Source: Candidatus Methylomirabilota bacterium (GTDB lineage Bacteria > Methylomirabilota > Methylomirabilia > Rokubacteriales > CSP1-6). From it: a DNA stretch of 64,000 nucleotides. Where the stretch lies: the NCBI GenBank assembly GCA_035936835.1, contig DASYVT010000209.1:11627-75626 (forward strand). The letters run 5' to 3'. The notes under the pieces are model-generated. The model saw nothing but the letters and a program-made list of their open reading frames with translations, did no database searches and was not told the origin of the DNA. Both the position numbers and the translations under genes were made by a program. This document shows, piece by piece, positions 37,218 through 47,596 of the stretch (positions within the stretch are counted from its first letter, which is position 1; every line of letters starts with the position of its first letter).

Positions 37218-39938
37218 GTGGCGAACGGACGGCGCTCTCCCCGCTTAGGCTTCTGGCTGGTCCTCGCCTTCATCGTCCTGGCGGGGCTCGGCCAGGCGGT
37301 GCCGCTGTACACCGACTGGCTCTGGTACCGCGAGGTCGGCTTCACCCAGGTCTTCACGACCGTCCTGTCGCTGCGCGGCTGGCTCTTCCTCGGCGTCGGC
37401 GGCGTCGTCTTCCTCTTCATGTACGGCAACCTCTGGGTCGCCGCCCGGACGGCTGCGCCGGACGTCCTCTGGGAGCTCGACGACCAGCTCGGGCTGCCCG
37501 GCCGGGCGGTGCTCGAGCCGCTGATCCGGCGGCTGCTGCTGCCCGTCATCGCGGTGATCGCCGTGCTCTCCGGCCTGCGCGCCGGCGCCTCGTGGGAAAT
37601 GGTGGTGGGCTATGTCAATGCCACGCCCTTCGGCGCCACCGACCCGCTGTTCGGCCGCGACCTCTCCTTCTTCGTCTTCGAGCTCCCGCTCTGGCGCTTC
37701 CTCTACGGCGGTGCGATGACGCTCGTCATCGGCACGCTGCTCCTGAGCGTCGCGACCTACGTGCTCCTGAGGAGCCTGGTGCTGACGGCCCAGGGCCCGA
37801 GGCTGGCGGCGGGCGCGCGTATCCACCTCCTCGGGCTCGGCGCGGTGCTGCTGCTCCTGCGCGCCCTTGGGTTCTGGCTCGACCGCTACGAGCTCCTCTA
37901 CTCGGCGCGCGGCGTGGTCTTCGGCGCCTCGTATACCGACGTACACGCGACGCTTCCCGCGCTCAGCGTGCTCACGGCTCTCGCGTTCCTGTGCGCGGCC
38001 GCGTGTGTGCTCCAGATCAGCCGGCCCGGGTGGGGCTTCCTGGTGGCGGGCCTCGTGGTCCTGGCCGTGGTGTGGGCCGGAGGCCTGGGTGTCTGGCCGT
38101 CACTGCTCCAGCGCTTCCAGGTCACGCCGAACGAGCTCGTCGCCGAGCGGCCGTACATCGAGCACAACATCCGCATGACGCGGCAGGCGTACGGCCTCGA
38201 GTCGATCAAGGAGCAGGACTTTCCCGCCGAGGACCGGCTGACGTCCGCGGCCATCGAGCGCAACAGCCTCACCATCAAGAACATCCGCCTCTGGGATCAC
38301 CGGCCGCTGCTGACGAGCTTCGCCCAGCTCCAGGAGATCCGCACCTATTACAAGTTCGCCGGCGTCGACGTGGACCGGTACACGGTCAACGGCGAGTACC
38401 GGCAGATCATGCTCTCGCCGCGCGAGATGTCCTACCAGCACCTGCCGAGCCGGGTCTGGATCAACGAGCACCTGACCTTCACCCACGGCTTCGGCCTGGT
38501 GGCGGGACCGGTCAACCGGATCACCCCTGAAGGCCTGCCCGATCTCTGGGTCAAGGACATCCCGCCGAACGTGTCGGGGGGATTCCCGAAGATCACGCGG
38601 CCGGAGATCTACTACGGCGAGCTGAGCAACGAATACGTCATCGTCCGCACCAAGTCGCAGGAGCTCGACTACCCTGCGGGCGATCAGAACGTCTACTCGC
38701 GTTACAGCGGGCGAGGTGGGGTGCCCGTTGGCGGGTTCCTTCGGAAGCTGGCGTTTGCCATCCGGTTCGGCGAGATCAAGATCCTGCTCTCGGATGACCT
38801 CAGCGCCGAGAGCCGGGTGATGATGTACCGGCGGGTCGGCGATCGCGTGCGGCAGGCGACCCCCTTCATCCGTTTCGACCACGACCCCTACCTCGTCGTC
38901 ACGGGTGACGGGCGGCTGGTGTGGATCGTGGACGGCTACACGACGACGGACCGATACCCCTACGCCCAGCCCGAGCACGGCCTCAACTACATCCGCAACT
39001 CCGTCAAGGTGACCGTGGACGCTTTCGACGGGACCATGGTCTTCTACGTCGCCGACCCCAAGGACCCCCTGATCCGCACTTGGGCGCGGGCTTTCCCCGG
39101 GCTCTTCACTCCGCTCGAGCGGATGCCGGCCGAGCTGCGGCCGCACGTGCGCTACCCGGAGGATCTCTTCAGCCTCCAGGCGAAGATGTACGGCACGTAC
39201 CACATGCAGGATCCGCAGGTCTTCTACAACAAGGAGGACCTCTGGACCGTGCCGCACCTGACGTTCGACGGACGGGACCGCGAGATGGAGCCGTACTTCA
39301 CCATCATGCGGTTGCCGGGGGAGAAGACGGAAGAGTTCGTCCTGCTCTCGGGCTTCAACCCGGCGCGCCGCGACAACATGATCGCGATCATCGCGGCGCG
39401 CTCGGATGCGCCCAACTACGGCTCGCTCATCGCCTACACGTTCCCCAAGCAGAAGCTCGTCTACGGGCCCCGCCAGATCGACGCCCGCGTGAACCAGGAC
39501 CCCGTGATCTCGGCCGCGTTCTCACTCTGGAACCAGCAGGGCTCGCGCGTGCTCCGCGGATCGCTCCTGGCCATCCCGATCGAGGGCTCGCTGATCTACG
39601 TCCAGCCGATCTATCTCTCGGCCGAGCAGGGGGCGCTGCCGGAGCTCCGTCGGGTCATCGTCGCCTTCGGCAACCAGATCGCCATGGAGCCGACGCTCGA
39701 GCAGTCGCTCCAGCGCATTTTCGGCGGCAGCATCCGCGGGGACGAGCCGACGCGGGCGCGCGGCGCCGATGGCAAGCCCGCCCCGGGGACGCCAACTGCA
39801 ATGACCGGGCTCGTCCAGAGAGCCTGGGAATCGTGGCAGCGGGGGCAGGATGCGCTCAAGCGCGGCGATTGGACGGCCTACGGACAGGCGCAGAAGCAGC
39901 TCGAGGAGACGCTCCGTCAGCTCCGCGAGAGCCGCTAG
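37218..39938 (+). CDS. UPF0182-family large membrane protein (906 aa; N-terminal polytopic region plus a large extracytoplasmic domain)
   Basis: Size, about 7 N-terminal TM helices and overall architecture. GGAGG RBS and GTG start. Confidence 0.55.
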   Translation: MANGRRSPRLGFWLVLAFIVLAGLGQAVPLYTDWLWYREVGFTQVFTTVLSLRGWLFLGVGGVVFLFMYGNLWVAARTAAPDVLWELDDQLGLPGRAVLEPLIRRLLLPVIAVIAVLSGLRAGASWEMVVGYVNATPFGATDPLFGRDLSFFVFELPLWRFLYGGAMTLVIGTLLLSVATYVLLRSLVLTAQGPRLAAGARIHLLGLGAVLLLLRALGFWLDRYELLYSARGVVFGASYTDVHATLPALSVLTALAFLCAAACVLQISRPGWGFLVAGLVVLAVVWAGGLGVWPSLLQRFQVTPNELVAERPYIEHNIRMTRQAYGLESIKEQDFPAEDRLTSAAIERNSLTIKNIRLWDHRPLLTSFAQLQEIRTYYKFAGVDVDRYTVNGEYRQIMLSPREMSYQHLPSRVWINEHLTFTHGFGLVAGPVNRITPEGLPDLWVKDIPPNVSGGFPKITRPEIYYGELSNEYVIVRTKSQELDYPAGDQNVYSRYSGRGGVPVGGFLRKLAFAIRFGEIKILLSDDLSAESRVMMYRRVGDRVRQATPFIRFDHDPYLVVTGDGRLVWIVDGYTTTDRYPYAQPEHGLNYIRNSVKVTVDAFDGTMVFYVADPKDPLIRTWARAFPGLFTPLERMPAELRPHVRYPEDLFSLQAKMYGTYHMQDPQVFYNKEDLWTVPHLTFDGRDREMEPYFTIMRLPGEKTEEFVLLSGFNPARRDNMIAIIAARSDAPNYGSLIAYTFPKQKLVYGPRQIDARVNQDPVISAAFSLWNQQGSRVLRGSLLAIPIEGSLIYVQPIYLSAEQGALPELRRVIVAFGNQIAMEPTLEQSLQRIFGGSIRGDEPTRARGADGKPAPGTPTAMTGLVQRAWESWQRGQDALKRGDWTAYGQAQKQLEETLRQLRESR

Positions 39939-42259
39939 GTTTTAGCGCGGAGAAAAAGCGCCGCGCCGAGCCCTGCAAAAATGATGTTCGCCGTCCAGGC
40001 GCCGAGCATGGGCGGCAGGAGCTCGGCCTTGGCGAAGGCGATCGCCACGGAGTTCACCACCCAGTAGCCCACCGAGATCAGGATGGCCACCGCGACGCCG
40101 ACGCCGCGCCCGCCGCTGCGCGGTGACGCCAGGGCGAAGGGAATCGCCACGAGCGCCATGATGACGTGGACCAGCGGGAAAGAGAGCTTCGAGTCGAGTT
40201 GGACGAGGTATTTGCTGACCTGATGCCCGGTCTCCGCGAGTCGGGTGATGTAACCGCGCAGCTCCAGGAAGCTCATCGTCTCCGGCGCCTTTTGCACCTG
40301 GATCAGGTCGTTGATCTGCTCAGGCATGCTGACCAGCCTCTCCGTGAAGGCGTCGGCCGTGACCTGGTTGCCCGGGCCGACCTGCCGGAACACGCCGTCA
40401 CTCAGCATCCAGGCCTCGCCGGTCCAGACCGCCCTGCCGGCGTCCAGGCGATCCACCAGACGAAAGTCCCGGCTGATGTCGACCACGAGCAGGCCTTCGA
40501 GCGAGCGCGCGATCGGGTCCAGCAGCTCCATGCGCAGGTAGCGCGTGTCGGAAGAGCGGTACCAGATCTGTGTTTGGCGCTGGAGGTGCCGGGGCTGGTT
40601 GCCGCGGATCTTGACGCGGTCGATCTCTTCCGCCTTGGCGTTGATGCCCGGGAGCACCGTCTCCTGCATGAGGCCGGCGGCGAGGCTGATGCCGAAGGCC
40701 ACCAGGAGGACGGGCAGGCTGGCCCGGTAGAGGCTGATGCCGGAGGCCTTGAGCGCGTCGAGCTCGCGCTGCTGGGTCAGCGTCAGGAAGAGGAAGACGG
40801 TCGAGACCAGGACGACGAGGGGCAGCCCCTCGTAGAGCGAGCCGGGCAGCCGGTAGAACAGGTGCTGGACGATGTAGATGAACGGCGGCTTTGCCCGGAG
40901 GAACCGGTCGAGGTACTGGATCAGGTCGACCACGAGGACGAGGATCGCCACCACGACGGTTCCGGTGAGGAGGAAGGTCAGGTACTGGCCGACCAGGTAG
41001 CGGTCGATGATGTAGGTCGAGGCCCGCGGACCGCGCGCACGCGCCGCGGGACCGCTCACGCGCTGCACCGCGGCCCGCTTGGGGAAGACGCTGCGGAAGC
41101 CGCGAGGCACGGCCGCGCGGAGGCGCCAGAAGAGGCGTCTCCACGACGCGGGGGTGCCCGCTGTGGCGCTGTGAAGGAGCAGGAGCCCGACCGCGCCGAA
41201 GATCGCGTTCGGCAGCCACATGGCGACGCCGACGGGGATGCGGCCGCGCAGCGCCATGCCCTCGAGGAAGGTGTGGATGACGTAGTACAGGACGACGACG
41301 CCCAGGCTCAACCCGAGCGCCAGAGCGCGACCGCCACGCTGGGTCCGGATCCCGAGGGGAAAGCCGACGAGGATGAAGACCAGGGGAGCCACGGGCAGGG
41401 AGAAGCGCTTGTGCAGCTCGACCTCGAACGGCGTCACGATCTGCCCCTGGCGCTTGAGATCGGCGATGGTCTCGCGGAGCGTCTGGAGCGACATCTCCTT
41501 TTCGGGCTTCTCGATGCGCTCGGCCGCCCGCTGGGGGTTGTCGAGGGGCAGGTTGAGGTCGTAGAGGCTGAACGCGGTGAGGCGGAACCGCCGCGCGTCG
41601 CCCGTATCGGTCTCGCTGACGGAGCCGTCGATGAACCGCATGGTCACGCGGCGGTTCTTCGCGTCGGAGAAGAGACGCCCCTCGCGCGCAAGGATGATCC
41701 GGGAGAGCTTGGGGTCGCGCTCGTCCGAGACCAGGAGGCCCCGCAGGGCGACCTGCGAGGCGCTGATGTCGTCCACGTACATGACCATCTGGCTGAAGGA
41801 GGCGGTGAAGGTGCGCTCTTTGATGCCCGTGGTGGCCTTGGTCTGGAGGATCTGGAAGAGCTGGTTCTGAAAGGCTCCGCTCGCCGCGGGCGCGATCAGG
41901 AGGGTCAACGTCGCGACGGCGCCGCTGACCACGACCGCGAAGCCCAGGAAGGGTCCGAAGAGCCTGAGCGGGCTCACGCCCGAGGCCTTGAGCGCCGCCA
42001 CCTCGAGGTCGCCGGCGAGACGGCCGCAGACCAGCAGCACCGAGACCAGGAGCGCCATGGGGACTGTGAGAGCGAGGACGCCGGGCAGCATGAAGAGGAG
42101 GAGGCCGAGCACGAAGTGGAAGGGCACGCTCTTGGTGATGACGAGATCGGTCAACTGGTAGACGCGGTCGATGACCAGGAAGAAGGTCAGCACGCCCACG
42201 ACCAGGGCGAAGGGCGGGGCGAGATCCTTGATCATGTACCGGTCGAGGACCCTGAGCAT
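39935..42259 (-). CDS. lptFG: LptF and LptG LPS-export permeases in one continuous 774-aa reading frame (LptF-LptG fusion or missing stop)
   Basis: N-terminal half MLRVLDRYMIKD... is an LptF/YjgP domain; C-terminal half YIIDRYLVGQYL... is an LptG/YjgQ domain. There is no stop codon between them. ATG at 42259 is preceded by a GGAGG RBS. Confidence 0.8.
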   Translation of the reverse strand: MLRVLDRYMIKDLAPPFALVVGVLTFFLVIDRVYQLTDLVITKSVPFHFVLGLLLFMLPGVLALTVPMALLVSVLLVCGRLAGDLEVAALKASGVSPLRLFGPFLGFAVVVSGAVATLTLLIAPAASGAFQNQLFQILQTKATTGIKERTFTASFSQMVMYVDDISASQVALRGLLVSDERDPKLSRIILAREGRLFSDAKNRRVTMRFIDGSVSETDTGDARRFRLTAFSLYDLNLPLDNPQRAAERIEKPEKEMSLQTLRETIADLKRQGQIVTPFEVELHKRFSLPVAPLVFILVGFPLGIRTQRGGRALALGLSLGVVVLYYVIHTFLEGMALRGRIPVGVAMWLPNAIFGAVGLLLLHSATAGTPASWRRLFWRLRAAVPRGFRSVFPKRAAVQRVSGPAARARGPRASTYIIDRYLVGQYLTFLLTGTVVVAILVLVVDLIQYLDRFLRAKPPFIYIVQHLFYRLPGSLYEGLPLVVLVSTVFLFLTLTQQRELDALKASGISLYRASLPVLLVAFGISLAAGLMQETVLPGINAKAEEIDRVKIRGNQPRHLQRQTQIWYRSSDTRYLRMELLDPIARSLEGLLVVDISRDFRLVDRLDAGRAVWTGEAWMLSDGVFRQVGPGNQVTADAFTERLVSMPEQINDLIQVQKAPETMSFLELRGYITRLAETGHQVSKYLVQLDSKLSFPLVHVIMALVAIPFALASPRSGGRGVGVAVAILISVGYWVVNSVAIAFAKAELLPPMLGAWTANIIFAGLGAALFLRAKT

Positions 42260-42283
42260 GCCCCTCCATTGTACGATGGCGCC

Positions 42284-43381
42284 ATGCCCGCCCCGGCCTT
42301 CATCGGACTGGCCCTTGTCGTCGTCGCTGCTGCCACCGCATGGGTCGCTGCTGCCACCGCATGGGCCGCGGGCGCTCCGGCGTGGGCCGGGCCAGCCGGC
42401 GACCGGCTCGAGCGCTTTCGGGAGATCGCCGCGGCGCGCCTGTCCATCGTCGAGGATACGGGCGGCGCGCTCGACCCGGCCTCGCAGGCCGAGATGGACG
42501 GGCTCCTGGACGGCGAGGTGTTGGACAGCCTGCGGGTCGGTGGTCCATTCGCCTCGGTGGAATTCATCCGTGACCGCCTCGACGCATTCGCCGAGGTGTG
42601 GGGCGGCGCGTCGCTGCGTATTGATCCACTCGGCGGCGGGCTTCTCGCGGGGCGCTTCCGTCTCTCGGCAAAGGGCGTGAGCAACTCGGTGCGGCTCTAT
42701 GGTTCCCCGAAGGGAAAGCCGGCGCTCCTCCGGGCGTGGCAGGAAGACGGCGTGCCGGAGGTGTACCCGTGGGCCGCCCCGGCCGGAGGCGGCGCGGAGA
42801 TCCTCGTGAGCTGGTCGGGCACGGCGACGGGGTGGGGAAGCTGGCCGCTCAAGCTCGAGCTCTGGCGCGTTCGAGAGGGGCGCGTCTCCGCGGTGTGGAG
42901 GAGCGCCGAGCGCTATCCGGATGGGCTCTGGGTCTCGCAGGTCGACATCAAGCCGGGACGTGTCCTCCTTCGGCACGAGGTCCGCTACCCGGGCTGGAAG
43001 CCCGGCTGCGACGTTCAGGCGGAGCAGGAGGACCGCTACCGCGCCGATCCAGGCGGAGGGCTCACGCTCGTGAGCAGCCGGCTCTTCAACGGCTGGCACA
43101 GGGAGCTCGGGCGCTCGGCGACGCGGTTCTTTTCCGCCCTCGCGTCGGGAGACCGCAAGGCGCTCGCGGAGCTGGCCCCGGATGTCGCTGTGCGCGCCAG
43201 GCTGCCGGCCGGGCTGTTGCCGGAGGCCGCCTGCGATGCCCAGAACCCGGACACGCCCGGCACCGCAGTCGTCGCTGCGGCCACGCCGCTTCCGGCCGGC
43301 CGGCGTGCCCCGTGGTCGCTCTGGTGGAGCCGCGGGCCGTCCGGCTGGCGCCTGACCGGCGCAGCCCTCGTGCTACAATGA
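42284..43381 (+). CDS. hypothetical secreted/periplasmic protein (365 aa)
   Basis: Signal-peptide-like N-terminus and coding-like GC3 along its length. It is divergent from lptF (24 bp between start codons) and 10 nt upstream of valS. Confidence 0.5.
   Translation: MPAPAFIGLALVVVAAATAWVAAATAWAAGAPAWAGPAGDRLERFREIAAARLSIVEDTGGALDPASQAEMDGLLDGEVLDSLRVGGPFASVEFIRDRLDAFAEVWGGASLRIDPLGGGLLAGRFRLSAKGVSNSVRLYGSPKGKPALLRAWQEDGVPEVYPWAAPAGGGAEILVSWSGTATGWGSWPLKLELWRVREGRVSAVWRSAERYPDGLWVSQVDIKPGRVLLRHEVRYPGWKPGCDVQAEQEDRYRADPGGGLTLVSSRLFNGWHRELGRSATRFFSALASGDRKALAELAPDVAVRARLPAGLLPEAACDAQNPDTPGTAVVAAATPLPAGRRAPWSLWWSRGPSGWRLTGAALVLQ
42326..42367 (+). repeat. 21-bp tandem duplication (AAATAWV/AAATAWA) in the signal peptide of the hypothetical protein
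   Basis: Direct reading of the sequence. Confidence 0.9.
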
Positions 43382-43390
43382 CGGGCTACT

Positions 43391-46048
43391 ATGGCTGAAA
43401 TCGCGGACCGCTACGACCCGAGCATCGTCGAGTCGCGCTGGTACCGCGAGTGGGAAGATCGTGGTCTCTTCCACGCCGACGCCGCCTCGTCCAAGCCGCC
43501 CTACTGCATCATGATCCCTCCGCCCAACGTCACGGGCTCGCTGCACATGGGCCACGCGTTCACGTTCACGCTCCAGGACATCCTGATCCGCTACAAGCGC
43601 ATGGACGGCTACAACGCCCTCTGGCTGCCGGGCACCGACCACGCCGGCATCGCGACTCAGAACGTGGTCGAGCGCCAGCTCGCGGCCGAGGGCAAGAGCA
43701 AGGACGATCTCGGCCGCGAGGCCTTCATCGCGCGCGTGTGGCAGTGGAAGGAAGAGTCTGGCGGGGCGATCATCAACCAGCTCAGGCGCCTCGGAGCGTC
43801 ATTCGATTGGCAGCGCGAGCGCTTCACGATGGACCCGGGACTGTCCCGGGCGGTGCGCGAGGTCTTCGTGCGCCTCTGGGAAGACGGGTTGATCTACCAG
43901 GGCGACTACATCGTCAACTGGTGCCCGCGCTGCCAGACGGCGCTGTCGGACATCGAGGTCGAGCGCGAGGAGCGCGACGACGAGTTCGTGTACATCAGGT
44001 ACGGGCCGCTGACCCTCGGGACAGTCCGCCCTGAGACCAAGCTCGGCGACACAGGCGTGGCCGTCCACCCTAAGGACAAGCGCTACGCCACGTACGTCGG
44101 CAAGACCCTTAAAATCCAGTCGGTCGAGGGGCCGATTCAGATCCGCGTCGTCGCGGACACCGCCGTGGATCCCAAGTTCGGGACGGGCGTCATCAAGGTG
44201 ACGCCGGGACACGATCCGACCGACTTCGAGATCGGCAAGCGGCACGGCCTGCCGGCGCGGACGGTCATAGGCTTCGACGGAAAGATGACCGCCCTCGCGG
44301 GCAAGTACGCGGGCATGGACCGCTTCGAGTGCCGGAAGAAGATCGTCGAGGACATGCAGGCGCTCGGCCTGATCGAGCGCATCGAGCCCTACCGGCACGC
44401 CGTCGGCCTCTGCTACCGGTGCAAGACGGTTGTCGAGCCGCTGATCTCCAAGCAGTGGTACGTGCGGATCAAGCCGCTCGCGGACCCGGCGATCAAGGCG
44501 GCGCGGTCGGGGCGCATGAAGATCCAGCCGCGCGAGTGGGCCAGGAACTATCTCCTCTGGATGGAGAACATCCACGACTGGTGCATCTCGCGCCAGCTGT
44601 GGTGGGGGCATCGCATTCCGGTCTGGTACTGCGAGAAGGACGGCAGCACCCACGTGTCGCGGACAGACCTTGCTGCATGCCCCGCGTGCGGTGGACCCGT
44701 GCGCCAGGATCCGGACGTGCTCGACACCTGGTTCTCCTCGGGGCTCTGGCCCTTTTCGACCCTCGGCTGGCCGGAGTCCACACCCGAGCTCAAGACCTTC
44801 TACCCGACCTCCTGCCTCGTGACCGGCTTCGACATCATCTCCTTCTGGGTCGCCCGGATGGTCATGCTCGGGCTCAAGTTCATGGGCGACGTGCCGTTCC
44901 GCGACGTCTACATCCACGCCCTCGTCCGGGACGCCGAGGGGCACAAGATGTCCAAGTCCAAGGGCAACGTCGTCGACCCGCTTACGATCATGGACAAGTA
45001 CGGCACGGATGCCTTCCGGTTCACGCTCGCTGCGCTCGCGGCGCAGGGACGGGATATCAGGCTGTCCGAAGATCGGATCGAGGGCTACCGCAACTTCGCC
45101 AACAAGATCTGGAATGCGTCACGCTTCGTGCTGACGAACCTCGACGGTTACGACGCCGCGCTCGCGGCGAAGGGCAAGCGATCCGTGGCGGACCGCTGGA
45201 TCGCGAGCCGCCTGGTTGCGGCGGCGGCGGCGGTGCGGACGGCGCTCGACGGCTATCGCTTCAACGACGCCGCCTCGGCGGTGTACCAGTTCGTCTGGAG
45301 CGAGTTCTGCGACTGGTACCTCGAGATCGCCAAGCGCAGCCTCTACCATCGCCAAGACCCGGGCGCGCGCGCAGTGACCCAGCGGACGCTCGTGGAGACC
45401 CTCGAAGTGACGCTCCGGCTGCTGCACCCGTTCATGCCCTTCATCTCGGAGGAGATCTGGCAGCGGCTCCCTCACGGGGCCGGACCGGCGCCAGACTCGG
45501 CCGGATACATTCCAGGCCCCGCCAGGTACGTAATGGTCGCGGCGTTCCCGAAGGCGGGACGCAAGGGACGTGATGCAGCCGCGGAGCGCGAGATGGCGCC
45601 CGTCATCTTGGTGGTGAGCGCGATCCGGACCGTGCGCAGCGAGAGCCGCATCTCCCCGGCCGTGGAATTGACGGTGACCGTCAAGTGTCCCTCTAAGGAC
45701 GCCGCCAGGCTGCGCGCCGCCGTCCCGCTGATCGGCGCGCTGGCGCGGGCCAGGGTGACCGTCGATCCCCGGGCGGCGCGGCCGCCGCAGTCCGCCCACG
45801 CAGTGGCGGGCGGCGCGGACGTGTTCGTGCACCTCCAGGGCGTCGTGGACGTGGGAGCAGAGCGCGCACGGCTCCAGAAGGAGATCGAGAAGGCGCGGAA
45901 GGAGACGAGCTTTCTCGAGGGTAAGCTCGGGCGTGCGGACTTCATCGAGCGCGCGCCGGCCGACGTCGTGGCGCGCGACCGCGAGCGGCTCGCCGAGCAG
46001 GGGCAGATCCTGGAAAAGCTCACCGCGAGCCTGGCCGCGCTCCAGTGA
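43391..46048 (+). CDS. valS: valine--tRNA ligase
   Basis: HMGH, KMSKS, C-terminal coiled coil. Confidence 0.95.
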   Translation: MAEIADRYDPSIVESRWYREWEDRGLFHADAASSKPPYCIMIPPPNVTGSLHMGHAFTFTLQDILIRYKRMDGYNALWLPGTDHAGIATQNVVERQLAAEGKSKDDLGREAFIARVWQWKEESGGAIINQLRRLGASFDWQRERFTMDPGLSRAVREVFVRLWEDGLIYQGDYIVNWCPRCQTALSDIEVEREERDDEFVYIRYGPLTLGTVRPETKLGDTGVAVHPKDKRYATYVGKTLKIQSVEGPIQIRVVADTAVDPKFGTGVIKVTPGHDPTDFEIGKRHGLPARTVIGFDGKMTALAGKYAGMDRFECRKKIVEDMQALGLIERIEPYRHAVGLCYRCKTVVEPLISKQWYVRIKPLADPAIKAARSGRMKIQPREWARNYLLWMENIHDWCISRQLWWGHRIPVWYCEKDGSTHVSRTDLAACPACGGPVRQDPDVLDTWFSSGLWPFSTLGWPESTPELKTFYPTSCLVTGFDIISFWVARMVMLGLKFMGDVPFRDVYIHALVRDAEGHKMSKSKGNVVDPLTIMDKYGTDAFRFTLAALAAQGRDIRLSEDRIEGYRNFANKIWNASRFVLTNLDGYDAALAAKGKRSVADRWIASRLVAAAAAVRTALDGYRFNDAASAVYQFVWSEFCDWYLEIAKRSLYHRQDPGARAVTQRTLVETLEVTLRLLHPFMPFISEEIWQRLPHGAGPAPDSAGYIPGPARYVMVAAFPKAGRKGRDAAAEREMAPVILVVSAIRTVRSESRISPAVELTVTVKCPSKDAARLRAAVPLIGALARARVTVDPRAARPPQSAHAVAGGADVFVHLQGVVDVGAERARLQKEIEKARKETSFLEGKLGRADFIERAPADVVARDRERLAEQGQILEKLTASLAALQ

Positions 46049-46815
46049 CGATGCGGGCGCCGGCGCAACGTCTCGGGCACACCATCCACCGCTTGGGCCG
46101 GGTCGGGTCCACCCAGGGCGAAGCGGCCCGGTTGGCGACGGCCGGCGGCTCCGAGGGAACGGTGGTGACGGCGACGCACCAGAGCGCGGGGCGGGGCCGG
46201 CGCGGCCGCGAGTGGCTCGACGCCCCGGGCGAAAGTCTGCTCATGTCCATCGTGCTGCGCCCGCCGATTCCCCCCGGCCTGGCTCCGCAGTTGTCGCTGG
46301 TCGCGGCCGTGGCCGTCGTCGATGCTCTCGGAACGGCCGGGGTGGCGGCCACGATCCGCTGGCCCAATGACGTCATGGTCGGGGAGCGAAAGATCTGCGG
46401 CATGCTGCCCGAGGCGCTGACCACGCGCGAGGGCACGCTCGAGCACGTGATCCTGGGAATCGGGCTCAACGTCAACCAGCGCGACTTCCCGGCGTCGATA
46501 CGGACGTTCGCGACCTCGGTGAGGATCGAGACCGGGCGCGAGCACGCTGTCGAGGAGATGCTGCAGGCGGTCCTGGCCGGGCTCGAGGGCTGGTACAGGC
46601 GCTTCGTCGAGGGAGGGCTCGACGCGCTCCTCCCGGCCTGGCTCGGGCGCGCTCAAGGCATCGGCTGCCGCGCGCGCGATGCGGACGGGCAGGAGGGCGT
46701 CGCGGTTGGCCTGGCTGCAGACGGCGCCTTGCTGCTCCGGACGGACAGCGGCGAGACGCTGCGGGTCGTCGCGGGCGAGGTCACGACGGAGGTAGAGCAT
46801 GCTGCTGGTCATTGA
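46045..46815 (+). CDS. birA: biotin--[acetyl-CoA-carboxylase] ligase (group I, no HTH domain)
   Basis: GRGRRGREW and IRWPND motifs. Confidence 0.85.
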   Translation: MTMRAPAQRLGHTIHRLGRVGSTQGEAARLATAGGSEGTVVTATHQSAGRGRRGREWLDAPGESLLMSIVLRPPIPPGLAPQLSLVAAVAVVDALGTAGVAATIRWPNDVMVGERKICGMLPEALTTREGTLEHVILGIGLNVNQRDFPASIRTFATSVRIETGREHAVEEMLQAVLAGLEGWYRRFVEGGLDALLPAWLGRAQGIGCRARDADGQEGVAVGLAADGALLLRTDSGETLRVVAGEVTTEVEHAAGH

Positions 46816-47596
46816 CGTCGGCAACACCAACACCAAGGTCGGCGTCTTCAGCGGACCGCGGCTCCTCGTGTCGTGGCGGCTGACGACGCGGCGCGAGCAG
46901 ACGGCCGACGAGTACGGCGTCTTCATCCAGACGCTCCTCAGCACGCGCGGCATCGAGCAGCAGCGAATCACGGGCGTGGCCATCTCGAACGTGGTGCCGA
47001 CCGTGCAGCAGGCGCTCGAGGCCATGTCCGACGCCTACTTCGGGGTGCAGCCGTTCAGCGTGGAGCCGGGCAGGAGCGAGACGGTGCCGCTCTCCGTGGA
47101 AGCGCCGCAGGAGGTCGGAGCCGACCGCCTCTGCGACATCGTAGGCGGCGTCACGCTCTACGGCTCGCCGCTCATCGTGGTCAACTTCGGCACGGCAACC
47201 ACGTTCGACTGCGTGAACGCGCGGGGCGAGTTCATCGGCGGAGCGATCGCCCCGGGCCTCGTCACCGCCTCCGAAGCGCTGATCTCGCGCGCGGCGCGCC
47301 TCTACCGCGTCGAGCTGCTTCAGCCGAAGGAGGCGATCGGGCGGAACACCGTCACCAACATCCAGTCAGGCGTGATGTACGGCTGGGCGGGGCTGGTGGA
47401 CGGCCTCGTCGACCGCATGCGCGCCGAGATGGGCGGCCCCGTCAAGGTGGTCGCCACGGGCGGGCTGGCCGGCCAGCTGCGAGGCGTGGCGCGTACCATC
47501 GATCTGGTCAACCCGGACCTGACTCTCGAGGGCCTGCGGGCGATCTGGGAGCGCGCAAATCCTCAGCAACCGCGGCACGCGTCGACGCAGGGTTGA
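46799..47596 (+). CDS. coaX: type III pantothenate kinase
   Basis: MLLVIDVGNTNTKVG N-terminus. birA-coaX synteny. Confidence 0.9.
   Translation: MLLVIDVGNTNTKVGVFSGPRLLVSWRLTTRREQTADEYGVFIQTLLSTRGIEQQRITGVAISNVVPTVQQALEAMSDAYFGVQPFSVEPGRSETVPLSVEAPQEVGADRLCDIVGGVTLYGSPLIVVNFGTATTFDCVNARGEFIGGAIAPGLVTASEALISRAARLYRVELLQPKEAIGRNTVTNIQSGVMYGWAGLVDGLVDRMRAEMGGPVKVVATGGLAGQLRGVARTIDLVNPDLTLEGLRAIWERANPQQPRHASTQG

Noticed and set aside
42260-43099. N-terminal 280-aa extension of the lptFG ORF on the minus strand
   Set aside because: The LptF homology starts at the ATG at 42259, which has a GGAGG RBS. The extension is antisense to the coding-like hypothetical gene at 42284-43381.
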